DNA of 64,000 nucleotides from Raillietiella orientalis (lineage: Eukaryota): NCBI GenBank assembly GCA_036172245.1, contig JAYWIR010000051.1, forward strand, positions 310,001-374,000, written 5' to 3'. Below the pieces are notes generated by a model. That model was not told the DNA's origin and did no database searches. It saw nothing but the letters and a program-made list of their open reading frames with translations. Shown here piece after piece: positions 45,901 to 57,439 of this stretch. The stretch's first letter is position 1. Every line of letters starts with the position of its first letter. Both the position numbers and the translations under genes were made by a program.

Positions 45901-48900
45901 AATTGGTTGGATGGGAGGGGTCTTCCGCGCTTCCTCCCGGGCATCCTTCTCCACCCCACCCGGAGAGACTCGCCCTCAACCGACCGGAAGAGGTCGAACC
46001 CCGGCTGACCGCGGCGGTGGCGGGGGCAAGGGTGAGAGGGCAGGGTCCGGAACAAACCCGTATTCCAAGAGGAGAGGGTAGCACCCCTCCTACGCATCCG
46101 TCCGCCGCTCCCGTCCTCCGGCTCGCCGCCGATTCGCCTCCGGTAGCTCGCGCGCGCCCCTTTGTTCCCTGATTGTGGGCTCGCAAGATCCCTCGAGAGA
46201 ACGGAAGCATCGGAGCGGAGGTTCGTATCCGGGAGACGCGCGGGAGGAGTGCGGTAAAGGGGGGCTCTCCGCTTTACTGCCCTCATCAGCATGCTCCCGG
46301 CCTCTGCCGCTCGCATCCCGGACATGCAAATGGCGCGCGCGTCCGTCGCGATACGGGCTGCTTGGTAACCATAAACGGAGCCATGGAATCGCAATCACCC
46401 GATGATAAAGCCGGTAACTAATAAGGAGACGTGTTCGTCCGCAGTGCCGGGAAGAGCGACGGAGGGGGGGTAGCGGCGGCAAGGTTGCCGGGGCAACAGG
46501 CACAGCCGGATCCCTTTGTTCCGCTGCTTTTCCGGTCCGCGATCTCGGCAGGGCGAATCCCGTCGCCCTCCCTTTCCTCCTCGGATGGGAAAGGCGCGGC
46601 GCGAGCGCTAAGGAACTGCTGCTGAAGGATCGGGATGCGCCTCGTAATGCCTGTCGGAGGAGGCAGACCGTCGTCAAGGAGCTCAGCGTCCCTTCCGGAG
46701 CAAAGAGGTTGCCACCCGGTCGGTCTTCACTTGTCCTCCTCGGCTTGCTGCTCCCGACTCGACCCATGCCCCGGGAGGAACCCCGCGATCTCCCCCAGCC
46801 CCCACCCCGGACCCGTTCGATGGGAGCGGATGGGAGGGTCGCGACCTCAGACGGAAGGAGTTGGCGAGCGAGCGCCTCTGACTTTCCAGATCCACGGCGA
46901 CATGAGCAACACAGGTCACAGCGTGGTCTTCAAGGCGGAGGGCGCGGCCTCCCGTGTCCCCGTCAACGTCACAGGAGGACCCCTGTCCTACCACTACCAG
47001 GTGGACGAGATCCACATCCACTACGGCGTGCGGGACAACGTGGGATCGGAACACACGATCAACGACCTGGCCTTCCCCGCGGAGGTAGGGAGGGGGGCGA
47101 CTCCCCGACTCCTCGGCGGGCGTGGCGCCGTCCTCGCTGGAGGCGCGCTAGTCCGGGAGGGGACTGGAAGGAAACCAACGGACTTCCCTCCCACCTCCTT
47201 GCTTCCCCATGGCTCCGCGATTCTCTGTCGCCACCGCCCCGGGCAAACCACTGCAGGCAGCGGCAGAGAAGCGCGCGAGCCGCCCTCTGCCCCGGGCCTC
47301 CTCCACCCAGTTTCCCCTCTCTCCCCCTCTCACGCTCGGCTCACGAACGGCCGATCTCCCTCTCGGAGACTCCTGCCCTTCGAGAAAGTCCTCGAGAGAC
47401 GAGGTCACACCCTTCGGCAAAGTGGCATGACCTCAGAGACCCTGCGCCAGAAGAAGTCCTTCCCCCTCCTCCCGTTCTCTCTTCGTGTGCGAAGCGAGCG
47501 AGGCGGTTGGCGGGGAGGAAGTCCCGTCCCTTCCGCTCCCCTCTTTTCCTCAACGTGCCCGAAGGCAGGGTTAGAAGCTCCCGGATGCTCTACCAGGTCC
47601 AGGTCTACGGCTTCAACAGCCAGCTGTACGGCAACTTTTCGGAGGCCCTGGACAAGACTCAAGGACTGGTCGCCATATCCATCATGGTCAAGGTGAGCTT
47701 CCTGACAGCCTTGGGCCCCCTCCCGAGGGAACGACGTCAAGCACCCTGCCCCGCACTCCTACGTGTTCACTTCGCTGCAGTCGCTACTACGGAACGCTCC
47801 AAGATGGTGCGCTCTGGAGGCGAGGGCGGCATGCTGGAGCGCTTGGGAGTCACCGGGAAGGGCGGTGGGACGTTTCCCTGCGGGCCGTCGGCTGCTACCA
47901 CCTCCTTCTCCTCCTCCGCCGCCGCATGGCCAGTGGCGCTGCAATCGTCGCCTGTGGGCGCAATTTTCCTTGCAGGCGCGCGGAGGGGCGTAGCTCGCGT
48001 GGTACGCCGGTCGTCGCTGGCGGCATGGAACCGTTGGCGCACGCGGAGCCACTCGCGGGGATCTTCTCCGGGCACTGCTCACGTGGGCCGCCGAAAGAAC
48101 CACCAGAGGGAAAGCAACGCTGCAGCCAGCCCCGTTCTTGTAGAGGACCCTCTTCGCTTCCCTTCCCGCTCCCCGATAGGGCCGGGAGAGCCTCGACGTG
48201 CGGCAGGCATCTCCGGAGGGAAGCCGGGATGGGAGACACCACGTCTCCTCCAGGAAGCAGCGGCAGGGGGACCGGGCACGAGGAGCGGGCACCTCCGATG
48301 CCTCCCTGAGTTCCTTCCTGGCTTCAGGAAGCGATGCCCCTTCCTCCGTCCGAGACGCTCGGGGAAGCCATGTCGCGTGCGATCCCTACGCCGAAAGATG
48401 GGACGTCGTTCCGATCGGCCGAGGGAAAGGCGTGCGGTCGCGTAGCCTTGAAGGAGCCTCTGACTCTGCGTGCGAGGAAGAGGGAGGTCCTTGCAGGGCG
48501 TCCGACGGAGAGATGCTTTCGCCCCCTTGGTGACGAAAAAACAAAACGAAAGGGGACGACCCTCCTCTGGTGACCTTCCACATGGAACCAGCCCCTTCAG
48601 GGTCGGGTCTTCCGACCCCTCCTTCTTCCGGAAAGGGGGGGAATGCGACGACATCCCGGGCCTCACGGCAGGAGGAAAAACGGCGCGATTAAAAGCCTCA
48701 TTCCCCCGGTAGGCGTCTCTCCGCTCGAGCTCCTCCCCTCCTGCTTTCTGAAGAGCACACGACAGGGAGAGAGAGAGAAAGAGAGAGAGGAGCAGCTCAG
48801 CCAGACTTATCTCCAAGGAGACGTCAATGATCGCGTCTCTGCCCCGTCTCGACGTGAGGAATGGGGGCGTGCAGTGCATTCGTCCAGAGTTGGGGGGTAT

Positions 48901-51900
48901 AGGGCATTTCAGGGAAGGCGCCGTCCTCCGGCAACGTGTCAGGGACGCGGAAGCTCCTCCGCCTCTGTCTCGCCCCTTCACACACGGAGATGGGCGCTCG
49001 GGCTTCTCCGGGGGTTGTAGGGGAGGACTCGGGAGCTCCCCTCGAGTCGGCGACCCGGAAGCGCGCGCCAGTTCCCCTTCCGCCGCGTCCCGAATGGGCG
49101 CTGAATCGGATGCGTCCCCTCACGCAAAGTCTCTCTCGTTGCAGGTCGGGGTGGAGTCCAACCGGGAGCTGACCAAGCTGACAGACGCGCTGGAGGACAT
49201 CCAGTATAGCGGTGTGTGTGCTCCCCCTCTCTCCGGTTGCCGAGGAAACTGGCGGCTAGCAACGTTTGCGGCGGTAGGGGGAGGGTGGGGGATGATAGCC
49301 GTCGAAGGAAGGAAAGGCGAGCGCACCTCTGTCTGGAGAGGGTCGAACTCTTGCAGGGGAGCCCGGCAGGCCCGCGAGGGAAGCGCCCTCTCCGCCGCGT
49401 CCCTCTCCCTCCCTGCCACCCATCCCGAAGAGCCAGGAAGCCGCGGTCCGTGTCTCTCCGGGAGGAACACGGAGGACCCTCCCTCTTCTTTACTGTCCCT
49501 TCGTTCCTCCCCCCCGAGAATGGGAGTGAGGCTCCCCTCCCTTCCAACCCCTTCTTGTCTCTTCTGGTCTTGCGCTCAGGTACGGACGTCAGCTAGCCCG
49601 AGACCATCCTGAGACCGCGCCATTGCCAAGTCGTGTACGCCATGGAGACAACAGAGGTCGACTAAGGAGGTGGTCCCGAGTCTCCCCTCGTCACTCTCCT
49701 CCTTCCTTCTGGGATGTGGCAAGAAACGAGAGGCAACGGTGGTCCACCAGGGGTTCTCCTTGGAGCATCCCTGCTGGGAAACCTCCCGAGGACTTCCCAC
49801 AAGAGACCTTCCCACTTCGCCTCTGGAGTGGTGACTCTTGCTGTCCTCGCCGCGTCCCCCCCCCCCTGCGGGCTTTGCGGGCGACGCTCAAGGTCGACGC
49901 GTCCCCCCAGGAGGCGCAGCCCCTTGGGGAGGAGGACGGTACCCGGTCCCACCGGAAGGGCCTCCACCTCGAGTCGTGGGCCGTCGCCTCCAAGGGCGGA
50001 TGTGCCCTCTCCCAGGGACCTCCCACCCTAGAGAGCACGCACGTGACGCTGCGGCTGGCGTCTTCAGTTATGCTGGTGACCTACGGCGAGTTCCCCCCCG
50101 CCTCCTCCTCCCTCGCCAAGATGGAACGGGGATTGCCTTTCTTCCACTCACCCCCTTTCCCCTTCTGTCTGTCAGGGTCTCGCGTTTTTGGAAAGAAGTG
50201 AGGAAGATCCCCAGGAGGCGGCACGCGCGGCGACAGCGCTCCCGGGAGGCAAACACCCTGCGATCGCCATGACGGTGGAAACGGCGCACAGGGGGTCGGA
50301 GCGCGCCGGTGGAGCGAGCGGCGACGTTTCCGAGACGACCACGCCCTCCCCGGGCGTGCGGGAGGGTCACTCGTTTCGCCTCTGTCGGCTCGACCGCGTG
50401 AGCTTCTCTCTCTCCCAAGGGATTCCCCAGGGACCGCCTCCAAGCGGGGGAGGAGGAGGAGGGGGGTGCCGTCCGACGCCGCCCGGATGGACAGCCTCCG
50501 CAGGCTTTTTCGGGGACGCCTCCGCTCGGAAGTAGGGGGAGAGGAAGGGAAGGACGTGGCAACGACGACGTAGCCTTTTGTGTCTGACGTGGGGCGGAGC
50601 GGAGTGTTCTCCCTCGACCCCTCTTGCGTGACTTCGCCGACATCTCCGTTTCCAGGGAGAAAAAAAGGGGAAGCGAAGCGGGCATGCGTTGCTGCTCGCG
50701 GCACGGGGAGCTGGAACCGGCCCGCGACCTCCCTGAGAGTCAAGGAAGGCGTGGCTTTCGTGCCCTACGGATGCCCCTCGCCCCGGAGCTTCCGCGAGTC
50801 TCGCCCCCGAGTACGTCGGAAGCCAGCATTCCCTTCTTGCGGCTTCCCCCGCAGGGAGAGGAAGGGACCTTGCGCGAATTTGAGGCCCGCTCTAGCGGTG
50901 TTTGCGCTGTTCTCAAGACCCGCGCAAACGTCTCCGCTCCCGGGGACGCGGGCATAGTCTCGTGTTCCCTGGCTCCCGCTCGCCGCCATCTCCTCAGGGA
51001 GCACTGCACGCGGTCCCGGTAAATCATCGACGTCGTCAGCTGATGCTATGCTTTAATAAAAGTGTTTAGCGGGTTGATTTATCCCTCCTTATTTTATTGA
51101 CCCCTCCCCACTTTATCCAGAGGACCATCCCTCGGCACCGGCAGTCATTTTTGCTTCCCTCCTCCTTCCGCTGCTACCCTCCCCATCCCTTCCACTTTCG
51201 CCCGTGCTGGTCGGGGCGAAGGCGAGAAGACGGCCAGAGCACCTTTGACCGCCTGGAAGGACGGAGTGGCGGAGCACAGCGCAGAGAAACGGCCCCAGGG
51301 CAGACCGAGGAAGGGCCCCGCACGCATGCGTCCGCCTCTTCCGCTCGCGGTGGAGCGCGCCGGAAGCGGAGGCGGCCGTGCCGGCGTAGAGACGCTGCCG
51401 CGCGCCCGTCGGGCCGGAGCGGATGCTCCGCACTTCCGGCGGCCCCGCCCGTATCCACAGTCTGGAGATGCCGGGGCTTTTCGTCGCCGCTGATGTTCAT
51501 GACTGATCCGCTCCTGTTGCCGAGCGGGGACGCACAGCGGCATGCGCATCCGACCGGAGTGAAAAGGGAGGGGGAAAGAGAAAGAGAAGGGAAGATCATC
51601 ATCCTTTCATCTTTCGGCTTTTCAAGCAGGAAGCGAGTGCACCTCATCAAAGTTTCATGGTCCACTTCCCCGTAATTCCAGTCTCCTCTCGACGCCAGGC
51701 ACCGCGTCCACGGAGCACGAAGCGCTGCGTCTTCCCGGCGTTCGTCCGGGAGCGGGACGGCTGCTCTATACCGGGGGCTTCGCAGCGGCGGCTAGAAGGA
51801 ACCCCAGAGACCCGCGAGAGGTCCCGCGCGCGCGCGCCTCCCGTCTCCCTACCCCTTCCCCTGCCGTTGCTCTTGCTTTTCTCGAAGGAGGACTGGCGCT

Positions 51901-54900
51901 TCCCCACCCATCCACCCCATCCTGTCTCGGAGGAAGCAGCGCAGCCGGATGCTGGTACCACCGCCGCCGCCGGTTGGTTGCAAAGCTCCCCTGGTGCGCA
52001 GTTCGGAGACCCGCGCCCCACCCAGCCGTGGCCCGGGAGCGCCGCCGCGCGACCGCTCGCGGGAGCCTCACGGGAACCGATGCGGTCGGGTCGGGGACGT
52101 CCGGGAAGCCGACGGGGAGAAACGCGGGAGGGAGCGCGGGTGCGATCGTGCGTGTGGGGAGACTGAAGCGATAGGCACTTTCGGGAGGAAGCGTGGCGAC
52201 CTAGAAAAGGGCTGCTCCCTGCTCTTCTTCCTCGATTGCGGCGGCGCTCGCTCGCTCCGCTGCCTCCTCGGAGAAGGCGTGGGCGGGACACAGTTCGGGT
52301 GGGTCCGATGACGCACCGGCGGCCCGCGCATGTCCCCTGTAGCCGATATGCTCAAGGCAGAATGGCAGGAGGGAGGGAAAGGAGAAAGATGGGAGGGGGG
52401 GTCTATGAAAGAGGGAGGCGACCTCCAGGAAGGGGAAAGCGCTGTCCACCCCCGTCTCGTTGTCCCCTTTCCGTGAAGTGCTCCCGTGAGTCGCGGCGTC
52501 GAAAGGGCCTGGAAAGGAGATCCCAACTGCCAGATCCCCAGTCTCTTCAGAAGGGTTCCCGGCTCCTGGCCGGCATCCTCCTGCGGGGACAGTCTGCTCG
52601 TTTCTTCGTCTCCCTCGGGCTTTCCGGGAAGACCAGGCCCGCCCTCCGAACGATCCCACGGCGCGGCGTTTCTTTCGCCGTTCTTTTACAGCTCTCTAGG
52701 AGGCGGCCCTCGATCGAGACCGGCAGCCTCCCAATCATGGAGATTTATGGTGGCATTCCAGGAGAAGGAGCGCCACTGGGAGAGAAAGGGAGGCGCGGAA
52801 AGAGTCAGTTCCCTCGGAAGGCACCAGACGCCCTTCGCGGGGCGCGGCCCCGCTGCCGGTCCGAAGGGACCGACGCTTGCTGCCCCTGCAGCGGCCCCTG
52901 GCTGACAGAGCGGCGAGTTTCTCCCGCTCTCTCGGTCGCTCGGCTCCAGCAGCTGGGCGGTCATCTGTAAGGCTGGGCCCTCCGGCGTCAGTCGAGGTGG
53001 CTGCTGCTCGCGGGGCGCCCCACCATGCCAGGAAAGCGAGTGGCCTCACTGTCAAAGCCTCCCGCCCGTCACTGGGAGCGTCTCCCAAGGAACCTATTCG
53101 CCCGCATGTCTCCCACGCGGGGCGGGAAGTGCCTCGCCCCCTGATCACCCAAACGCTGCTAACGGTGCCTTTCTCGAGCTCTCCCTTCCCTTCCCTTCTT
53201 CCTCGTTCCCCGTGGCCATCCCTTCCGCGGACGGTGGCTGCCGTCTGGTCGTGGCAGCATGCCAGCGCGACGCACCGAGGGCAATACTCTCCCACAGAGG
53301 TTGCTGACCCCCCGGAGCATTTTTTTTCGTCCAGCAAGCGGGTTGCTCCGCGTAGTTGTTCGGGATACATCCCAGGTCCTATCGAACTTCCCCCGTTTCC
53401 TGCTGCGTCCAGAGGCGAAGAGTGGCTTGCGCGCCCGGTCCAACCGTATGCGCTACAAAGAAAGGGGGAATCCACCTCCAGAGCTCGTTTCCCTATGCTT
53501 ACCCAGGGTCGTTCACTGTGCCGCAACATCCGCGTTCCCAGTCCTGGCATTGTTCGTCCTTACGCGCGCGACGGTGGCGTTCTCTATCTTCTTGCAGGGG
53601 AGAAGACGTTCGTTCGCCACCTGTCCGTCAGAGAGCTCCTTCCGAACACCGACTTCTACATCACGTACGAAGGGTCCATCACCATGCCCGCCTGCCACGA
53701 GACGGTCATCTGGATCATCATGAACAAGCCCATATACATGACGCAGCAGCAGGTGAGCCCTCCTTCCCCCCACGGTCCCTACATCCAGCCAGATGGCATT
53801 GCCCCTATGACTCTTCCTCGCGCATCCGTCGATATAGCGCCAACTGCGCTTCGGTCCAGAGGCTTTCGCGGTAAGGAGAAGGAAGGAGAGTTAAAGGATG
53901 GGTTGGCGGGTGCAGAGAGATGCAAGAGGAAGCGCAGCGGAAAAAACAGACAAAAAAAAAGCAGCTCTCTCGGCCCCTCAGGGCAGCGCATCAGCAGCTC
54001 TGCATCCCGCGAGACCAGGGCTCCACAGCAGAGGGCGGGGATGGCAGGAGATAAAGGGAAGTGCGCGCACGTACGCCGAAGGATACAGAGACGGGGGGCG
54101 CCTGTGGGGCCCGCCGGCATCGCCTTTCTGTCTTCCCGCTCCCGTGGCGCGCGCGTCGAGAGTGCCTTCGGGCGTTTCCTCAGCCTCCCCGTCTTCTGGC
54201 GAATCCCCTGCGAGGAAACAGGAGGGTCCCGTGCGCTGAGGAGACGCGTGCAAACAGGGAGGATTTCCGTACAACACGGAGAGTCCCCTAAAAGTCCGCC
54301 TCTGGGCTCCGCGTTACCGCACGGAATCTCAGCAGAGTTCCTGGGAGCACCCGGAGGAGAGGAGTGCGCAGGAACGTGCGCGAATCCCCGAAGAAGAGAG
54401 AGGTTCAGGAAGAGGAGGGGGGGAGTTGCGGGCGTTCCCGTGAGGCCGTGGCGGCCGGCGGCGCGTTTCGAATCAGCCGCTGCCGCGACCTCCTCCTCTT
54501 TCCTCCCCTGTTTCCTCCAATCCCGCAGGAAGGACGCCTCCGTTGGTCCGGTCTTGCTGACGGCCGTGCACAATGCACCCGCCGGCGGTCGATCCTCGCG
54601 CAGGGCTGACAAACCGGGCGCTCGCTCATCGGAGCGAGCAGTCAACCCCCTCCCCCCTCACCTCCCCATCCTATGCCGACCGCAAGTGGACCCGCGCTTG
54701 GCGCGGACCCGTCCTTAGGTCGGAGTTAAGGAAGTCGCTTCTCCTCCGCTCTCTCCCTCCTTCATCCTTCGGAGGCCAAGGACCGCTCCTCGACCCTGGG
54801 ATCCGGGCGCAGCTAGCCCCTCTGGCGGGGCAGGAGATCCCCTTTCCCGGATCCAGAGGAAGGGAGTCCCCGTTTTTTAGTCTTCTTCCTCCTTTTATTG

Positions 54901-56138
54901 CAAGAAGGGATGGAGGAGATGCGTCAGGCCATCGATCCCGAGGTCCCGGGAGGCATCTCGATCGGGGCTCTCCTACGGGGGAGCGCGGGAACGGGAACGA
55001 GCGAAATCCCCGGCTATCCTCGCCTCCTGGTGGGAAGTGGGGAGCACGACCTCGTGAAGCCCCCAGGCGCTGAAGAGACTGCATGACGCGAGGCAGTGCT
55101 CGCGCGGAGGACCTTCGCAATGAGAGGAAAGGAGAGGCCTGGAGGGCTTGCGAGATGCGCGCGTATTTTGGCCTTTTCCTTGGCAATCGTTCTGTGGAGT
55201 CGGATCACAAGCACCCAGGGCGGACTGGAGAGGGGACAACTCCCTGTTCCCCTCCCCCGCGATGCGCCTGCGAGCCACAACCTGATCCACACGACGATGT
55301 TTCAGCTGGTGCAGCTGCGCAAGCTGAAGCAAGGAGGTCCTCAATCCACAAAGGTGCCCCTGGGAAGTAACTTCCGGCCTCCGCTGCCCCTACATAATCG
55401 CACCGTGTCCACAAACATCGACTTTCATAATGGAGTGGTCAGTATCCCCTTCCCTTTCCTTTCGTCATCCTCCTCCCCATCTCCCGACTTCATTGCGAAG
55501 GGAGCAGCCACCTGCCTTCTGTAGGAAGAAGCAACTTCTGCAGAGCCACCTTTTTCCCGTCGCATAGTCACACCCTTTTTCTTCCTCCTCTCCCCTCCTC
55601 CCCTTTCTCAGAAGCGCCAGAGGTGTTCGGAGCCGAGCATGCTTGTAGCTCCGAGATGGGCAAACAAGGACAACGCTTCTCGTCAAGTTTTCTTCTTGGA
55701 GATGGCGCTCTCTGTGCCTCTGCTCTCCGACAAGCATCGCAAAGAAGCAGTACGGCGGAGAAGCAGCGGCCGGTTTGATGCGGTGGACTTCGCTGAGTGC
55801 AAGAGAGAGAAGCTAAAACCTGGAGGAGCAGGCTGTCCTCCTCCCACGGAAAAGGGCAGACATGAGCCGATACTTGGCTCATGGTAGCCCTCGAAGGACC
55901 CGCACAAGCGTCCCCTCTAGCAATGGGTTCCGGAACTTTCCCTCGAACCGCAGGCTATCGAAAAATTGGTTCCAGGAAACTTCCACAGAAATCTCTTATC
56001 CCCCTGACCACAGAATCCCTTAGCACCTCCCTCCCGTCTTTCCCTCTTTCCCCTTACGCAGAGAAAAGGTTCACTGGTGGATTACATTTCAGGAAAAACG
56101 CTGCGGCATCAGCATGAGGTCCAGGAAGCTGTATGTAG
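27885..56138 (+). CDS. CA10: Carbonic anhydrase-related protein (CA10/CA11/CARP type), whole-gene span; final exon uncertain
   Basis: Nine phase-compatible GT..AG exons give MMAPNRVGCSVAACLIFWFLDGCASAVSWDKWWTYDGISGPSYWGLINPDWYLCSKGRRQSPINIEP...EIHIHYG...GSEH...AEVQVYGFN...YEGSITMPACHETVIW...NFRPPLPLHNRTVSTNIDF...EKRCGISM. This is an alpha-CA fold with the invertebrate CARP N-terminus. The symbol is the closest family name, not proven orthology. Confidence 0.88.
28160..38500 (+). pseudogene. Array C: about 25-28 tandem degenerate core-histone remnants, all + strand, within CARP intron 1
   Basis: By-eye, in-register matches. H2B ~28396 (LRPPCGHPSDPVTRWSSLAVDI vs [22 protein letters not shown]). 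H4 ~28890 (LEELSRR..MIYGPEKKKVCKKFF..CMEIF). H3 ~33750 (LQK..RKLLFQRHFR; MLQEDASSSLKIQLEET). H2A ~34550 (FAAPPEELSSSTVEETG; RTNDE). H4 ~35345 (LGRLSQGGGETPVISGL). H4 ~35990 (KAVAMDVV). H3 ~36440 (HRFGSG...AFNRCMGRVTRD). Confidence 0.75.
29260..29636 (+). pseudogene. Histone H2B pseudogene (best-preserved unit)
   Basis: KVLEEVHPDVHTSNRTMSIF, then a frameshift to SFVKDIVAAASLLSHNIKRTTSREVWTTAVSRLLPRQLAKQAVPAVTKEVTKCTTPK*. Colinear with H2B; has a Lys-rich tail; no intact ORF. Confidence 0.9.
39850..40420 (-). mobile_element. Degenerate LINE post-RT fragment
   Basis: Nucleotide similarity to 23620-23860 and 41530-41740 (e.g. VLFLQTRVSW vs VVLVQESTWVS). Confidence 0.35.
40465..42400 (-). mobile_element. 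Degenerate L1/Tx1-type LINE (RT to 3' end)
   Basis: AQLDLERP; RVCLKDLCSPRRDDGLGLLTLERMKRQLQ, homologous to 23550-23640; FLFLRDALTPAAS, homologous to 24450-24490; same 3'UTR and AATAAA end. Confidence 0.8.
43300..44950 (-). mobile_element. Highly degenerate LINE (ORF1 knuckle and APE)
   Basis: CAFCYRQCNRRRC knuckle-like motif ~44900 and RCRLHPRG APE-like motif ~44390, upstream of and on the same strand as the RT copy at 40465-42400. Confidence 0.4.
45102..45158 (+). CDS. CA10: CARP coding exon 2
   Basis: ttttcag acceptor; encodes GCASAVSWDKWWTYDGISG; gtagga donor. Confidence 0.9.
45733..45869 (+). CDS. CA10: CARP coding exon 3
   Basis: Encodes GPSYWGLINPDWYLCSKGRRQSPINIEPSGLLFDPNLGHLHVDKHQ; tgcag acceptor, gtgaag donor. 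Confidence 0.93.
46890..47084 (+). CDS. CA10: CARP coding exon 4
   Basis: Encodes IHGDMSNTGHSV...GGPLSYHYQVDEIHIHYG...GSEHTINDLAFPAE; tttccag acceptor, gtaggg donor. Confidence 0.93.
47597..47692 (+). CDS. CA10: CARP coding exon 5
   Basis: Encodes VQVYGFNSQLYGNFSEALDKTQGLVAISIMVK; gtgagc donor. Confidence 0.92.
49145..49211 (+). CDS. CA10: CARP coding exon 6
   Basis: Encodes VGVESNRELTKLTDALEDIQYS(G); ttgcag acceptor, gtgtgt donor; phase fits both neighbours. Confidence 0.85.
53598..53752 (+). CDS. CA10: CARP coding exon 7
   Basis: Encodes GEKTFVRHLSVRELLPNTDFYITYEGSITMPACHETVIWIIMNKPIYMTQQQ; ttgcag acceptor, gtgagc donor. Confidence 0.93.
55306..55437 (+). CDS. CA10: CARP coding exon 8
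   Basis: Encodes LVQLRKLKQGGPQSTKVPLGSNFRPPLPLHNRTVSTNIDFHNGV; tttcag acceptor, gtcagt donor. Confidence 0.9.
56093..56138 (+). CDS. CA10: CARP coding exon 9
   Basis: tttcag acceptor; encodes EKRCGISMRSRKLYV, resembling the K-C-x-x-M...Y tail of invertebrate CARPs; gtaagt donor. Confidence 0.7.
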
Positions 56139-56952
56139 GTAAGTTCAGACTGGTTGGATGTCGCGTCAAAGTCCATCCACCGCGATCATAAAGAGCGAGT
56201 GCGCATCCTGCGTAAAGGGGATGCGCAAGCCGGTGCAGAGGGACGCAGTGGCAGAGGGACGGAGCGAAAGAAAACGCACCCGCCTTTCCCTTGAGCCTCA
56301 GGACTGTCCCTGCAGCGCCACTCTGCCTGCCTGCGTGCGCACGTGAGCGCCTGCACTCAGTTGCCCTGCGACGGGTCCAGCGCCTCAGCAGCGACTTCCG
56401 CGCGCCGCTCATGCGTTTGTGCGTGTCCGACCGTGCGCGCGGAGGAGAGAGGTCAAAACCGGACTCGCGGAGCCAGTGATGAACGGCGGGTGTAGGAAAG
56501 GGGTACACCGGCCAGCAAAGAGGGCTGGCAGTGCAAACTGACGACCGGCTAGGGCATCCCCCCAAGCGCGTTGCGCCCCGTGCGTGGGCACGTGAAGCCA
56601 ATGGGAAGCCGGAGGCGTCGATGAGCTGGAGGCTCCCACTCTCGACTGACGTAACTCCCCATGCGTGGACATGGGGAGGCGCGTAAACCGGACGTGTATG
56701 CTGTTTTCATAAAGCACGACCACGAATTTAGTACTTTAGTGGCTGCTCTCTCGTTTGGTGCCGTTTTTTATATTGGAACCTCCAGGTGGAATGAAAAAAG
56801 GAAATCCATGCACAGTCCTTAGAAAACGAAAAGGCTAAAATGTGCTTGGGACCAGGCATCCAGTGGCGTAAGAACGCTAGCTTAAAATGTAACCTTTTCC
56901 GTCAAATTAACCCCTCTGGGGATAGTTAGGCCATTTCTTTTTCCCTTTGCAG

Positions 56953-57026
56953 CGTCCCTCCCACCCGGCCAAAAAAACAAAAAACAAAAACGCGCTTCTG
57001 AATCGTTTTCCACACTTACAAGGTAA
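56953..57026 (+). CDS. Candidate terminal CARP exon
   Basis: Strong pyrimidine tract and tttgcag acceptor; phase-1 join gives ASLPPGQKNKKQKRASESFSTLTR*. No homology support. Confidence 0.3.
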
Positions 57027-57439
57027 ACGTCAAAGCGCTTGGTGTCGAGGTGACGTAAAACGCGTGGGTAAACCCTGGGTTCACGGACCCATTCTGCTCC
57101 CCGATTACGATCGCGCTGATGATGATGGAGTGAAATTCCCGTTGGTAACTCGAAGCGCTCTTTGGTCCTGGTCCTTTAAGGAAAGGAGAGGCGCTCACGT
57201 GAAGAAGCACCGGGGAGCCTGTTGCGAAGGGATGAGCAGAATTCGGACTTCCGATGCACGGGAGAGCTGGAAAGGGCGTCAGCTGGCGAGGGGGGCGCGA
57301 GGAGGGCGCTGTTGGAAGCCTGCTAGCACGCCACGCGAAAAAACGTGGATGAATGCTCTGAAGGCCGATTCCTGCTGCGGGCTCGTGCGCAGCCTCCGCT
57401 TCCAGCGTGCCGTTCTGGCTAGCAGCGAAGGTAGTAACG

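Noticed and set aside
46709..48445. 578-aa ORF
   Set aside because: GC-rich intronic frame with low-complexity R/P/G/S translation; only the 32-codon CARP exon 5 is meaningful.
49600..50100. Additional LINE fragment in CARP intron 6
   Set aside because: Only short, weak similarity (LCCLHG; cccacttcgcctctggag) to family copies; too little to call.
52877..54718. 613-aa ORF
   Set aside because: Only 53598-53752 (CARP exon 7) has homology and splice sites; the rest is stop-poor GC-rich intron.
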